Source of the DNA: Vicugna vicugna
Lineage: Eukaryota
Direction: 5' to 3'
Assembly: GCA_013265495.1 (NCBI GenBank)
Contig: MU058423.1
Span: 7,053,449-7,117,448 of the forward strand
DNA length: 64,000 nucleotides
A program made the position numbers and the translations under genes. The notes beneath the pieces were generated by a model. It was not told the origin of the DNA, made no database searches, and was given only the letters and a program-made list of their open reading frames with translations. Of the stretch, positions 41,276 through 56,029 are shown in pieces (the stretch's first letter is position 1; every line of letters begins with the position of its first letter).

Positions 41276-43760
41276 TGTGTATCAAACTTAAGGGGCCTTT
41301 AAAATAATTTTTCTCCTTGCACGTTTTCTATATGGTTAAATGAACCTATTACATTTTCTACGATAATTTTATCACCTATGCACTAGATTCCTAAGAGGAA
41401 TTTGCTGTTAAGGAAAGTTAGTGTTTTTGGATTCCCTTTGTTGAGCCACAGGTGAAATACAGGCTCTGATTCACTACACTTCTTGCAGTAGAAAGAGAGC
41501 TGTCTTAAGCACAAACTACTTCTTTCTCTGCTCTGAACACATCCCACTCTTGAGTCCAAAGTCAGTTTCCTTCCATCAAAAGGAGAAAGAAACTCCAGAA
41601 CATGAGGGAAATGTGTTTTGTTTATGTTGCATCTGTGGTATGTATTTTATTTTAGCTTTATATTATTTTCTTTATGATATACTGTGACCTGTTCATTCTG
41701 GCCTAAGAGCATTGCCACTCAAAACTTGGTGGATGGTGTTTTCAGTTGGATTGTGGTATAATCCCACAATTAAATATAATTAAAGTAATGTCATATATTT
41801 TTAATTCCCAATAACTTTTATATCTTTGTCTAAAGTTATTGTAGCCTGTGCTTTTATTATATTTGTGATAAAACATTTTATAAAGTTTAAGTTAATTAAC
41901 TAAAATGGTTGACCGTTATATTGCTTTGCTGACATGTTGATAACCAAATATACTGATTATATCCTATGATTTAATTTATGATTTCAGAATTTACGTCACT
42001 CATATATTAATTGCTTTACATAAAACAAATGGTGCTGTATAACTCTGAGCTAAGTAAGAAATACAAGACACAAAATAAATATTAGTTAAAGGCAAGAACT
42101 TTGAAGACATGGCTACAGATCTGGGTCATTTATACTGCAACTCTGTCACATATTATATTAACATTGATTATTTCATGGAATTGCTTGAGACTTAAAATGG
42201 GTGCTATATATGTAAATGTATATAATATGTGTTATATATTGCTTAATATAGTGCATAGAAACATGGTAAATTTTAACTATTTCATTAAAATCTAAAAACT
42301 ATGACATTTATTCATGTAACTTTATTTCCCTTCCTGTAGTGAAACAAAAAGCAGTTAGGAAAGCAGACAAAACATTGTGCTGTCCTGGCGCTTCCACTCT
42401 AATACAGATGGATTGGTTTTAACTTCATTAAAAAGTCATCTTATTGTACAAGAGTTTTGGTATTTCTAGTCTATCCTTAAATATATAGCAACAATAAGAA
42501 ATCCATATAGTATATTACACAGAAGGGCATTATCATAGAAATATCACACCTGCTGAAAAGAATAATTAGTGGAATAGTTCTGCATTTGTACTCTACGTTT
42601 TGTTTTGAAGAAGTAACACTGTTTTTTTTCTGAGAGCAAGAGTAATTTAAGTATAAGACAAAATACTGCCATAAAAAACAGGGATTTCTAATAGTTACCT
42701 CATAATGTGAGATTACTTGACTGAATATGATTTGGCCGAGTGGCAAAGGGAATTGAAACTTTTAAATCCTGTAAATGAGATGCAATTAAACTCTGTTATA
42801 AAGTCTACGTTGTTCAATTTAAAGGTTATCTTTAATTTCTTGTGTTGTTCCATAGTGATTTAAGCGAGGCTTTCTTGTTAAACTCTGTGCTCTTCATATA
42901 CACGAATACAGCACTTTCCCTAAATACTGAGAATGGAAAAATCCTCCTACGTCCCGCATCTAGACTTGCTGATAAATTCTTGCCCTTTTAATTGTTGCTA
43001 ATAACTTGACCAGTAAGCAATAATGGCTTGGGCTCTGGGGAGTTGATAAAGTTAATTATTCTCAACAGAAAGCCAATTTGTTCCCATTGAAGGGTCTACT
43101 TCTTGCAATAGTCATTTTTACCATGTTCCAACCTTAGCAATGGTCAGATCAAATGACTTCTGAAATCTCTGTGGTTAAACAGAGATTAATCTGTTGAATA
43201 AATACTATATTATTATTTGTTAGTTGCATGTTAGATTATGCCCTTTTTACGTCAAAGTAGTATTTTTTAATGTCCTGTAACTGTCAATCTATAACTTATA
43301 TTTCTTAATATATTTAATAATCACTGAGGTTTCATCAGTGTTACTGTGTAATTATTTGAATGGCACTTATTAATACCATTGATGGAAATATCCAATATTT
43401 GCTTTATCACTGATATAAATCAATGTACTTCTGACCTATATTGTTTCCCTTTTTTATTCTATAAGCTTCAGTTCATTGTAGTATGCAAAAACTAACTTGT
43501 TCATTAAAAAAGGCACATTTAGGACTACTACACAGGATGAAAACTAGCATGTTTTTGACATAGTAAATTTGGTTTTCATTTATCTTTACTTACCATTTCT
43601 TCTACATAATATGTTAAAAAGCGTTTAGAGGTTTGTTGCTTATGGATAAAAGCCAGTGACTCAAGTTACGAATTTCGATAGTATATTCCTATAAACAAAG
43701 TCGGACTTTTCATTGTTTTCAGTTTTTAAACTAAAATATTCTTTCTCTCTATTTGATTAG

Positions 43761-43814
43761 GGACCACAAGGAAAACCAGGGCTTGCGGGACTTCCTGGTG
43801 CCGACGGGCCTCCC
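43761..43814 (+). CDS. COL11A1: COL11A1 exon 25
   Basis: ttag|...|gtaagt; 54 nt; GPQGKPGLAGLPGADGPP. Confidence 0.96.
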
Positions 43815-44898
43815 GTAAGTCGTAGTTACCTGGTCACTAACGTTTCTACATATTATATTCAAAAACGGATTTTACATGTGCTTTAGAAGTGATTTTATAA
43901 ATTCAGTAATGAAAGCAAATTGAGCCAGGAATTAAACATTAATCTCTCTAAATGCCATTTCATCATGTCACGTCCGTAGTGCAAAATCTCTGAGGAGTTC
44001 CCAGGGGTCTTTGGACAACTCAAGGCCAGAATCTCTTATTTTCCTACCACTCACTTTTTTCTTAGCATGCTCTACTTTTTCCGTTGCTATGTCTTGTGTT
44101 ACGCCCTTTTCTTTTCATAGAAAACACTTTTCCATTCTCTCTTCCTTTGCAAAGTACATGTTTGTAAGAGTTCAGGTGAAATTTCTCACCATTCATAAGT
44201 TTCCTCAGACATCGTCTGCTTCAGGAATTTTTTTTTACTTTTCTAGAAATATAGCAATTTACTTTATCTTATCACATAGTAATAAATAATGTAGTTATGT
44301 AATAATCTCTACAGTTGTTGTTTTGAGACATTTGTTATTTACGCTTCTTTTTCTCTCCAAACTCAGAGCTAGTGTACACAGATCTTCATTCTGCCACTAC
44401 TTGTCTTTATTGAGTATAATTGTTACGGAGCTGTACATTTTTATTTACTGACTCTCAATACTTGATTATTGACATCATTAGTATTTATGATGTTGCTGTG
44501 TTTTAAAATGTCCCATCCATATATCTTAGTTGTTTTTGAAGATATCACATGTGATTATTTGATCAATATGCAAAATAAAAGTTAGATTGAAACACCTTTA
44601 TGTAAGATTCTGAGACTGGGTTGAATTGCTAAAATGTTTTATGTGTTTTTCCCAAGCTCTCTCAAAAATGTTATGCAGTTGATGAAACTTACATCTATCC
44701 CATATAAGCTTATTATGTTTCCTTCCAAATGCCACAGTTTCCAGTGTTATTTAAAGCCATATATACTAATGCAGAATGTTCAACACATTTTGAAACATAA
44801 AGAGTAAAACCTTAACAGATTGAAAAAAGGGAATACTTTCATAGTATAAACTACCATTAATTTTGTATCTCACCAATATATACTTTTGGTAAATATAG

Positions 44899-44943
44899 GG
44901 TCATCCTGGAAAAGAAGGCCAGTCTGGAGAAAAGGGTTCTCTG
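44899..44943 (+). CDS. COL11A1: COL11A1 exon 26
   Basis: atag|...|gtatgt; 45 nt; GHPGKEGQSGEKGSL. Confidence 0.96.
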
Positions 44944-45024
44944 GTATGTTACAAACTATCCATTTAAATGTTTTGTCACACTGTATTTTAGAGAAAATGC
45001 CTTACTTTGCTAATTTCTCTGATT

Positions 45025-45096
45025 TATATATATATATACACATATATATATATACACACATATATACACATATATATGTATGTATATGTATACATA
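45025..45096. repeat. Compound (TA)/(CA)/(TATG) microsatellite
   Basis: Directly visible in intron 26. Confidence 0.9.
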
Positions 45097-45685
45097 AATT
45101 TCTCTGATTTATATAAATACATATGTGATCATTTAAGGATATGAATATTAGACAATAAGTTTCTGAAAATAGTTATTGTGTATCTGTAATATGTCTTTAT
45201 TTTCAAAAGGACTTTTGCTAACATTTAGTGGAAATCATGTTTTCCTTTAGGTAGACTAGTGAAATGAAGCCAGATGTGGAAAATATGTAATTTTGATCAT
45301 GTTCTTGATGATGTGAATGCTACAAATTTATACCAGTTTTTGGTTAGAAATCTATAATTGTTCATTGTAGACATTGAGAACAGTTTATTTCATGTTTAGA
45401 AAATTAGTTGCTAATTATATATTATTTATATTATTTCACATATTCGTAATATTTATCTTATTTTTAGCATGAACATGTGATATAATAAATTTGAAGTAGG
45501 TAGGGCTTATTATATGATCTGTTAATCATATCTGACTTTAGAAACAAATGATAAACTACCCAAGAAATTTTTACCAAAAGTAGAAAAATATCATATTCTT
45601 AGAGTTTCTTTGGTAAAATTATGGTATGTGAATGAGTGGCACATTCATTGTTTTATGTGTTTAAATGGCAATGGGTCTTTTTCAG

Positions 45686-45739
45686 GGTCCTCCTGGCCCA
45701 CAGGGTCCTATTGGCTACCCTGGTCCCCGAGGAGTAAAG
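45686..45739 (+). CDS. COL11A1: COL11A1 exon 27
   Basis: tcag|...|gtaaat; 54 nt; GPPGPQGPIGYPGPRGVK. Confidence 0.96.
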
Positions 45740-45823
45740 GTAAATGTTATTTGATTTTCCCCCCATTATTTAATTTAATTGTAAAATATTGTAGTCATTT
45801 AATCCTTCTAATTTATTCCATAG

Positions 45824-45868
45824 GGAGCAGATGGTGTCAGAGGTCTCAAGGGCTCTAAAGGTGAAAAG
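45824..45868 (+). CDS. COL11A1: COL11A1 exon 28
   Basis: atag|...|gtaaaa; 45 nt; GADGVRGLKGSKGEK; preceded by an 84-nt intron. Confidence 0.96.
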
Positions 45869-47119
45869 GTAAAATACAATTTATTTAGGTGATTTTAATT
45901 GCTATGCATCTATTCTATAAAAATTTAAATTTATTCAGCAGATATTCCATTTCCCAAATATACTGAGTGACTACTTATATACCAGATAACACAAGTCTAA
46001 TTTTGTACTCTGTATCCTGGAAACTTTAAAAATATATATATTCTTACATCCTGGGGTGAAGACTGAATTATAAAACAGAAGCAAAGATATGTCATAAACA
46101 AAATCAGTCCTTCATCCCTTTTTTTCCTTGCGTATGTTTAACTTTTGTAAATTGTAGGCTTGGCCTTATGCGTGGATTTGTTATAGGGATTGTAGAATAT
46201 CCAGTTATAAGCATGATGGAGGAATCTTTATTTCCTTTTTTCTTCACTGAAATTCTCAATTTTCATAAATTGAAATGAAATGCAAAATATGAAAGTTAGA
46301 AGTACCATGAATTAATTAGGGGAGAAGGAGGTCTTCATATGTGATATTGCATGCACAGCAAAAGTATTAATGAGGAGGAAATAAAGATTGTTCCTTAGGC
46401 CTAAAGCAACGTAACCCAATTAACCAAGTGACAACGTGAATTCTTCTTTTACACTTTTCCACCATTTATTTCCTTTTATAAATTATTAATTCAGACCTGA
46501 TCATTTTAGGACTGGAAAGCTTAGTAACTTGGAAGTGCCATTTGTTTTTTTTTAAAAAAAAAGTCACTTCTTTTAAGGATATACTTAATAACTTAAGTCA
46601 TCTAATTAATTTTTTAAATTGTGAATGTATTGAAAAACACAATTTTGACAGAAAAAGCATCTAATCCATTATGTTCGCTGTTTAAAAACAATTTTCCCTG
46701 CAAAAAATCCAAAAACCGGTTACTGATTTTAGACATAGTATGCAGTATTTTTTAAACTAAACTTGGCAACTGTGTAATTACTTTTCTCTCTAGGGAGAAG
46801 GTAACGAAGACACTAGTTAATAGGAAGTTAAGTGGTCTTTTTCAACGTTTAAGCCCCTGCTATTGCCCAACTGCATTCACGCAGGGAGAATCCTAGCTCC
46901 ACAAGGCTATTTTATGGCCAGAGTGTTGAAAATATCATGATTTTGTCTTAAAGGAAACTTTTAGACCTGTCAGAATTCTTAGATGTAGGTAGAATACCAG
47001 GCTGGATTCCTTTCCCAGGTCTCGGTCTCATGTATCCATAACAATCTGACATTTTCTGGACCCTCACGTACCTTACTAACATACCAAACTGACACTGAGG
47101 CATGGCTGAGTCCAAATGT

Positions 47120-47720
47120 CACTAGGGAAATATTTATTAAATATCACGATTACTGAGGGTCAAAATGCACTAGGCACTGGAGATCTAGAGGTTAATTAGG
47201 CATAATTCTTGTTTCTTACCATTTAGTAGAAAGAAAGAGACCTTTGATTTACTAAGTAGAGAATGTTTTGTTACAGTAATAAATGTTCAGTGAGCACACA
47301 GGACAAGGCAGTTAATTTTAAGGGGGGGAAATACTGAGGGTATGGAAAATTTCATAGCAGAATCGCGAACTAAGTCCTGAAAGAAGAGTAACGTGTCATC
47401 ACGTAGACAGAGAAGGTGAAGGATTTGCAGATCTGTGTGTCTGTATAAGTGGTTCACTGATGCAAGAATTAGAAATAGAAATACAGGTAATTCGGTTTTT
47501 CAAAAATTCAGTCCCTGGGTGTTGGGTGGGAGTAGAGGGGAGATTTAAGACCAAAGATAAAACTTAAGAGGTGAACAAGGGCTAGATCGTGTTGGGAAGG
47601 GGAGGGTAAGGGGCAGCTTATATTTAATTTGGAATCATCAAGGTATTTTACAGTAAAAATTGATGTGATCAGTTTTGTATTTTGTAGAGGTCATTTTGGC
47701 AGCAGGATACGGAAGTGTAG
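47120..47720 (-). mobile_element. Degraded L2 fragment
   Basis: aaatatttattaaat...gcactaggcactggagat, the L2 3' end in antisense, followed by purine-rich L2-like sequence. Confidence 0.55.
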
Positions 47721-48763
47721 GTGCCAGTCTCCCTAGCCCTGTTCTCATTCTCGGCCTGACATGTCTTTTTCTGATTTCTGAAACTCTGCAAGTCATATCC
47801 CTTCTCCAACTACTAGTTAAGATACCAACTGCCTCCTCACATCTTCTCCAGTCCACTCCTTTCTTCACCAGGACCACCACCAGCACCAGCACAGCACAGC
47901 ACATCATCATCATGTTTTTCTACTCTAAACACTCATCCTACTCCATCTGTACTAAAATTAATGCAAATGTTCTACCGTCAGTATTGGTAAAACAAAAACT
48001 GCCAAGTACTCCAAGGTTCGCAGAAGAGAGTAATTGCTCAATTAATGCTATTGAAGACATGAATAAGTATTCCCTAGGAATTTAAATTTTTTCTTGAGAT
48101 TAAGAGATAGTAATGAAGCTTACTTGTTAAAAGCCTAGACATAAATATTTCCATAGTCAAAATTTCTTCTCTCTTTGCTAAAGGATGCCCAGTTTGCAGC
48201 ATCCTTGGTTTGTGCACATGATGTGACAATAAGTAATCTCTATTTAATTATGAAAGAAAATAGTAATTTGCTTATTCTTCACCTGAAGAGAGGTTGTAAT
48301 ATAGAGAGAAAGTTAAGCCAGAGACATTTATTTAAATCACAGGAGACAAAATGCATGGCATAAAATTATTAGTTATATATTGTAAATTAAGGATAAAGAC
48401 CTCTGACGTGGTATTCCAGAGTTCTTTCAATCCGAAGTTAAAATAATTAAATTTTTACTTTTTCTTTGTTCAAATAATAAAGGCTACATGTTGTTATAAG
48501 AGAATGGTTATTTCCCCCATATGAAGGGGAAGATTTAATGGACACATCTGTGAAAAAGTTTTCCAGTAACTTAAAGGCATTAATTATGGGAAAATAGAAG
48601 GATACTGGAGATAAAGGGTTAAAATAGGGAAGAGGAGGTTTCACAACTAAGATTCACATTTCTCAGAACAATTTTCCTTACTTATCAGTATTCATATTTA
48701 GATAGCCATATTTTTCTTTCATCCAAACCACTGATGAAACACTTGTTTTATTACTTATTTTAG

Positions 48764-48817
48764 GGTGAAGATGGATTCCCAGGATTCAAAGGTGACATGG
48801 GTCTCAAAGGTGACAGA
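48764..48817 (+). CDS. COL11A1: COL11A1 exon 29
   Basis: ttag|...|gtaagt; 54 nt; GEDGFPGFKGDMGLKGDR. Confidence 0.96.
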
Positions 48818-49529
48818 GTAAGTAAAAAGAAAATTTGCACTACTACAACATTTATGTATGTGCGTGTATTTATTCCTAAGTTAAATAATTGCGAACATAG
48901 GATAAATAAAATGTATTATCTAAGATATTTTTCAGTTCTATTTTTATATGAAAATAGGTGTTTTAATTTTTGTGGAGATAAAGTGGTATCAGCTGTCAGA
49001 TATTATATTAAATCTCTCTGTGTCCTATAACATGTATACATAGACATAGTTTTATATATACATTATTCTTAGCATATTATATGTTATATATATGGTGCTA
49101 TTGTTTATAGGTATTTTCTAAAATGATCAAATTGATTAATATAATTAATTCAATAGATTTGTGCTAAATGTTATCCATATATAGTGAGCTATGCTGTCTG
49201 GAAACTAAATCTGCAAGTTTCATGAATTTTCATTATTTAATTATCTTGAATTTTTGAGTGTAAAAATGGTACACTGTTTTTCTGTTAATGAGTATCTCAA
49301 AAACAAAATTGTGTCACCTAAAGTTAATTAAATGTTTTGTTAGGAAGATTTACTTTATAACTAGCATAATAGTCTCTAATAAATTTAAGCAAAAAACTTT
49401 GTATAGAATATTGATTTTTCTAAAATGTATGTGGGGGTGATAATTTACACTTTGCAGCTCCTAATACCTGAAATGTGAAAAGCAGGTCTAAAATGGAGAC
49501 ATTTTAGTTGTTTTCCAATGTTGCTATCA

Positions 49530-50114
49530 TTTGGCAGGAAAAATTCTTTTTCCTACTACCCTGCTAGGTTCTCAGGCTGTAATCCTGTAAAGTTAACCTG
49601 CACAAGGCAGATTAATAAGAGAAAAGCAAACATAAATTTGCTAGCCTGCATAACATGATTGCACATGGGAGCTCAGGGATGAGTAACCAGGTGAGTGGTT
49701 AGAACTTGGGCTTCTATAGCATCTTAGCAAAGAAACAATAAACTTGGAGCAGTGACAAGACAAAGGAAGGGGACTTTGAGTTTCTAGCGCTGTAAATTGT
49801 GGGAAGGCAGATATACAGGAAACTAATGGTAGAAAAGGCTAGTAGTGAAGTTCGTTGTGTGGATGGTTCTGGTGCCTGCTTCTGACTCCGGAATGGTGAG
49901 GGTCTAGTTGTCTCTAGTGATTAATTCTGGTCATTTCTGGTAGATAGGGGAGGAAAGATACCTTTGCAAATTTATGTCCTGTTTTTAAGCTAGTAAGTGG
50001 TGGGTAAAGAATTATTTTTTTCTTTGTCCCTGCTTCTTCTCGATAGCCTTCAGCTCAAAATAATCCTTATGCCAAAGTGGCATATTTTGGGGTGGCATAT
50101 TCTGCCACCCTGTA
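49530..50114 (-). mobile_element. ERV1-class solo LTR (MER34-like)
   Basis: Minus strand begins ...cagaatatgccaccccaaaatatgccactttggcataaggattattttgagctgaaggc, the MER34-type LTR start as I recall it. Confidence 0.7.
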
Positions 50115-50387
50115 CTAGCTCATCTTGATTCTTTTTTTTCCCTCTCTCTGTCTTTCTGCAACACAATGTATTAAAATTAATGTGATACATGGTAGCATTG
50201 AGCTTCTCTAGGTTTTCAAATGTGAAACTATATTCAGTTATTTATTTATTAATGGAAACATTGATGAAGTCAAACACTTTCAAGCTGCTTTATCATATAT
50301 AATACGTGAGTAAACAAACCAAGAGTTGAAGAATATAACTTTTTGATCGACTATTATCTCTGCCATTCAATCTCCATAATACTTTAA

Positions 50388-50540
<153 letters not shown>

Positions 50541-53190
50541 TAAATTCATAGGTCCTCATGCACATGATGCTTCGTTGTCACTTTAGGGTATTTTTAATCA
50601 CTCATGACATAAATCTAAAGGATTTTATTGTATTTTAAGCACATCCATATATTACTTAGAAGTATAATCCTGAGATGGGCACATTTATTCTCCTTCACTC
50701 TTCCTTCTTTTCTAACCTATTCCGCTCCCCATCAGGCACTCTTAAAGTTCTTCTATATTGGAGGCTGAGAATTTCACTGTGATTAATGAAGGATGAGAGA
50801 ATAAATCAAAGGTGGTCTACCTATCACTTTAGAACAAGCAGAATCGTCTTTGGCCTTCAGATGAAAATGTCCATTTTCTATTCTTTTCACGTAAACGTAT
50901 TTTTTTTAATAGAGTAAGTGTTTTAAAAAATACTGATGCTCAGGCTGAACTAAAAGAGCTTTTTGTTTTAATCTGGAGTTAACCCAGGCATCCCTATGTT
51001 TGAAAACATCCCCAGATAATATTAATATTCATTGCTTTAAGAGTCACTGGGATGTAGGCATTATGTCAAAAAATATTCAACCATTACATTTATATTTAGA
51101 TGTAATGTTAGGCATCATTAAAAATGTGCCTTCATAAGATGTTTAGTGATACTGTAAACATCTTATGATGAATCTGAAGTTAAATGAAGAAGAAACTAGA
51201 AATATCTATGACAAGTGTTATCTGATTATGTACACCAAAGGAAAATATATATAATAGATGTCTTTTGGTGATATAAATCAAATGATTTCCTTTTGTAATA
51301 TATGATTATTCTCCAGTTTTTTGAAACTGAGCATGCCATTTTTCTATAAAATATGGAAATTCCATTCTACTTAAGAAAACTGTCATCTCTGCCCCTCACC
51401 ATTCTGTCCCAGAAGGAAAATATGTAAAGATTATATAGGAATTGTGACCAGACAAATAAAAAATCATTTCCTTGTGTCATTATGAGTCATCTAACGTAGA
51501 TGCAGCTCTTCTGCAGTTTCACACTCCCAGTTGCCGTTTGTGCACTGATGAATATGTCCTTGTGTTTAGGCAACAGAAGGAGAAAATGAGGTTGGGGAAC
51601 AAGGGCTTACAAGGCCTATGACCCTCGCACTTGAAGTGCTCACTTGCTAATGGTTTAGGCTACTCTAGAACCTTCCTCTTTTCAGTGCTACTCTGTTCCG
51701 TGTAAATAATCCCACAAACTATTCTGGGGCCTCAGGACTTTACCCTGCAATTCATCTTTAACATTTCATTATTATTTTCCCTTTTATTGAAGTTGCCTGT
51801 CACCATGCTGAAAATACAAATTTTCTGTCTGGATTTATTTTTAAATGACTCTAAAATGAATGAGTTCATATTCTAATGTAGTAATTAACATAGACCACAA
51901 AAGTTTTGTGATCATAATTAGAGAATTTCATTAACTTTGAAATCAGTGGCATAAAACAAGCTATGATCACTTAATGTATCCAAGACATCGTTGTAAGTAT
52001 GCTTCTTAAGGCTTGTTTGAATATTTTCCATCTGAAGACTGCTCACCTATGCCATGTTGATCTTGAATCAGACTACTCTTTAGTTCAGTCTTCAATGAAA
52101 AGGTCATAAACTATATTCCTAATTTCTTGCCTTGCTTCATCCAGTAAAATATTTATTTTTGTTCAGAAAGTCCTTCTCATCTTTTAATGTGAAATATAGT
52201 AATTTGGGCTTATTTTTGTTTTTATTATTTTGTTTAAATATATGTGGGAAATAATGATACTGTCTGCTTGCTAATGTTTAAGACTTTGATAAAAAATATT
52301 TTATGTATGAAGTGTGCTTTCCTAAGATCTTAAGGAAAATGAGCAACAGTAAAATTTCACAAATATATTTTAATTCATTCAATTCACTTAATAATTGTCT
52401 CTCTACTTGTATTTTTAAATTAATGCTTTGTTCAGCATTTTAATGTTAATGTAGCATTTTAAACTTATTGATGTTTGTTACACATCTTGGACTTCATTGT
52501 ATTTTACCATTTGCACTGGAACAAAATAGTTGTACATTAAAGTTCCCACTTGTAGAAGTTAACACTCCACAAAAATTATCGTCATTTAACTATATCTCTC
52601 AACATTTAGTGCATTTATCAACCCAGATTTATTCAAATATTTGAGTAAAAGAAGAAACTTTGCTCAAAAATTAGGTTCAAATTTCTTAGTATAGTTATTT
52701 AAACTTTACTTACTCAGTGAAAAAAAGTTAAGTAACTTATGATTGCTTGCTTTGTATTTCCAATGAAGAATGAAATTATTTTATCAAAAAGATTAACTTT
52801 AGTTGGAATGATAAGATCTAGATGTACTTCTAACTACATCACTAACTTTATATAGTATTTAATATTGATAAAACTTATGTGTGTTTGTAGCCATATTCTT
52901 TAATTAACCAAGAGTCCTAGAATTCTCTTTACTCAGGGTTCTATGTCCCCAAAGAAGCCTCTGTCACTTAGACAACAGAGGTTAAGTTAGCAAGCATTAA
53001 TTTTAGCATTAGCAACATTTTTTCCCTATTCAAATTAATAAATATAAAGAAAATAAAAATACGGTAAAAAACTTGCAAATCTTCCTTTCAAGTGTGCCAA
53101 TATGTGTTTTTAAATTCTAGAAAAATGACTAATTATTATTTAAACTGAATTCAACTTAGAATTTGTTATTATTATTGTTTTTAACTTTAG

Positions 53191-53244
53191 GGGAAGCTTG
53201 GTGTTCCAGGATTACCAGGATATCCAGGAAGACAAGGTCCAAAG
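53191..53244 (+). CDS. COL11A1: COL11A1 exon 31
   Basis: ttag|...|gtaaaa; 54 nt; GKLGVPGLPGYPGRQGPK. Confidence 0.96.
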
Positions 53245-53658
53245 GTAAAACTATTAGCTTGATTGTTATATTTATTAATCATGTATGGTTTTCTTTCAGT
53301 TTGTAACATAGAGATGATGAGTCCTTAAAATATGATTTCGCAAGGCGAAGTGAGAGAGTGTACGGGCACCTGGAGTGCAGGGAGTTCAGAGAGCCGAGGT
53401 GATTATGCATTAGAGCATTTTAGAGACTGGGTCACGAAAGGAAGGCACAGTCAGCCACTTCCTTGTGACTGCAATAAGGTCTGTTGCAGGACAGCAGATA
53501 GGATACCTAGAAGTTATAGGTAGACGACAGGTGGTGGATAATAGCTCTTGATTTCATTTCTAGTTCTCTAAGGGTTTGAATTACCACTTGATTTTTTTTT
53601 TAAAAGAAAGAATCATACTTCTTTCATCCTCTTTATTTGCCCTCATTTCTACAGAATT

Positions 53659-53881
53659 TGTTTCCCATGCTGTAATAGATCACCACAAACTTGGTGACTT
53701 AAAAAAATGGAAATTTACTCTTACAGTTCTGGAGACTAGATCAAATGGATGATCTCATTTCAAGATCCTTAACTTAATTACATCTACAAAGGCCCCCTTC
53801 CTCCAAATGAAGTAACATTTACAGATTCCAGCATTTGAATATTAGATGTATCTTTTGGGGGGCACCACTTAGCCCACTACA
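53659..53881. mobile_element. Internally deleted MLT1 LTR
   Basis: caccacaaacttggtgacttaaaa...cagttctggag joined to aagatccttaacttaattacatctacaaag...ggggggcaccacttagcccactaca. Confidence 0.7.
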
Positions 53882-56029
53882 CTCAATACACTCAAATTCT
53901 ATTTTTGACTATTTGAAATATATTTTAAGCTAAAAGGAAGATGTTTTAGAAATATCTGTTTACCTTGGTGTAGTAATTTTTCTCAAGCTAATGATGAAAC
54001 TTTAAGGCTGCATTTGATGTATTGACTAGTTACATTAAGTGGTTAAATGTTTTAATACATAAATTTTGGTTATTAATATTAAGATAGTTATATGCACATG
54101 GGATTATCTATCAATCTACCTATTATCTATCAACCTATCTCTTTCTCATCTATCTATCCCTGCTTAATGCAGTCAGGCTTAACAAGTTTAGTAGGTAAGG
54201 ATGAATTCTAGTTTTACAATAATCCCCAAACATATATTTATTAGGAAGTGTCACAGCTAATCAATGGGAGACAAAAATATTCTTTCTCCTGACCAATGAG
54301 AACTGCATGCACTTGTGACTTGTCATCGTGTGATAACAACATTTTAAAGTTGCCATGTGGTTTTGTCCCAAAATTTTTCATTGAATATCTAGAATATATA
54401 TTCCCTTGTATGGTAGGAGGTACTTGGGCCCTTCTAAAATAAGATTCATTTTAGCTATGATTTAAAATTAGTACAAACATCGTTTATATGTTTCTGGCTA
54501 CATTTAGAACACTGATTAGTAATTTTCATCTTTTAAATATTGTCTCTAATACACTGCTCTGTCACCTAGTTATCTTCCTTTCAGATGTCACTCATTTTCA
54601 CAGGATTTTGAGTAAAATAAGATATTCACTGCATACCCCACACCTTAAACTATTCTTAGATTACTTGCTAAATTTTTTTTATCTAATTACTACATTGAAT
54701 TGCAATAGCGGTGTTTTGATTTAAAAACAGAAGACTGCCTTTACATGTTGCTTGAATGAGTACAATTTTCTTTTATGAGTTTGACATTCTTATCTTTTTC
54801 TGTTTTTCCTAAGTCAATTCTCTGGCATTCACTGAGTTATTTTTATTAACAAAATGGACTAGAATGACTTAAAAGGAATGTTTCTTCTTAGAGGAATCAA
54901 ACCTTTTATTTTTACCCTTTAACCTAAATGTCTGAAATGTTGTTCTTTATCTTTTTATATTACTTTTATTTGTAAGTTTTTATTATGATCAAAACCATTT
55001 ACGTTTCTCTGTTCTACAACAAAAAATGATGGGTACATCAAAGATAGCTTCACATTTTTTTCCTATGGGGAAACCAATGAATTTTGAAGTTTTTGTCTTT
55101 ATTGTACTAGAAGTGAAATTCAGCTGTTATCCTTTCAAGCAATTTAAGGACTATAATTAGGCAATATAATGTATCCAATATCTTGCTAGCAATAAAACCA
55201 TAATGGATATTTAAAAGATGCACTGCCTTATGCACTATAAAATGATAGCTATTTCAGAAAGTAAAATCTATTTTAAGTTAGGATTCTTTTATATTTAAAA
55301 TAGCATTTAAGATAATTTTGAAAGTTTCATACATATTGACTGAGCCAATTTTGCCATTAACCTTTGACTTTTTGGCCTTTTGTTTGCTAACTGTTTTTTC
55401 CATTTAAAAGCAGATAATGCCTTTTCGTGGAAATTACATGTTTTACTGACTTTTCCTTATGTGAGAAAAGAATATGCCCATTTAATACAAACTGTTTAGT
55501 AGGTGGTAGACATTTTTGTCTGTTTCCCATAAATTTCTTCGAGCAGGAATTATGTAAGAAAATAAATTTATTAAACATAAAATTAATGCCTATGAGCAAT
55601 TTGCTTGAGTGGAGTCTGTAAATGTGTTTCTGTTTTGCTCAAGACAGATGAATATTTGTCCCCAAATTAAATTTGATAGAGGTGAATTACATCCATATTG
55701 GATTATATTCACTTCCCAAACTCCTAGAGTCGTCACATAGTAATTTCCTCCCAGATGAGACTATCTGATTCTCTGTGGAGAAAGAGGAAAGGCTTTGAGA
55801 GCCCTTCAAAGACACATAATTTGAAGACATTTTTCCCCCTTATGTGAGTGTTATATGTCCTAACAATTGTCCTTAGGGTGATCACATAGTGGTCTCTACA
55901 GGCAGGAATTAGAATATTTTGCTGAATGGGTCATAAAAAGCTTAGCAGTGGATGCTGAGTTTTGTCCATCAATTCCCGTAAGGTTTCACATACAATTGTC
56001 CTGACTTGTGGTGCAAATACAAATTGATA

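Noticed and set aside
47638..48085. Overlapping 136-aa and 91-aa ORFs on opposite strands
   Set aside because: Adjacent to an L2 relic and a simple (CAC/CAG/CAT) tract, with no recognisable domain or splice context
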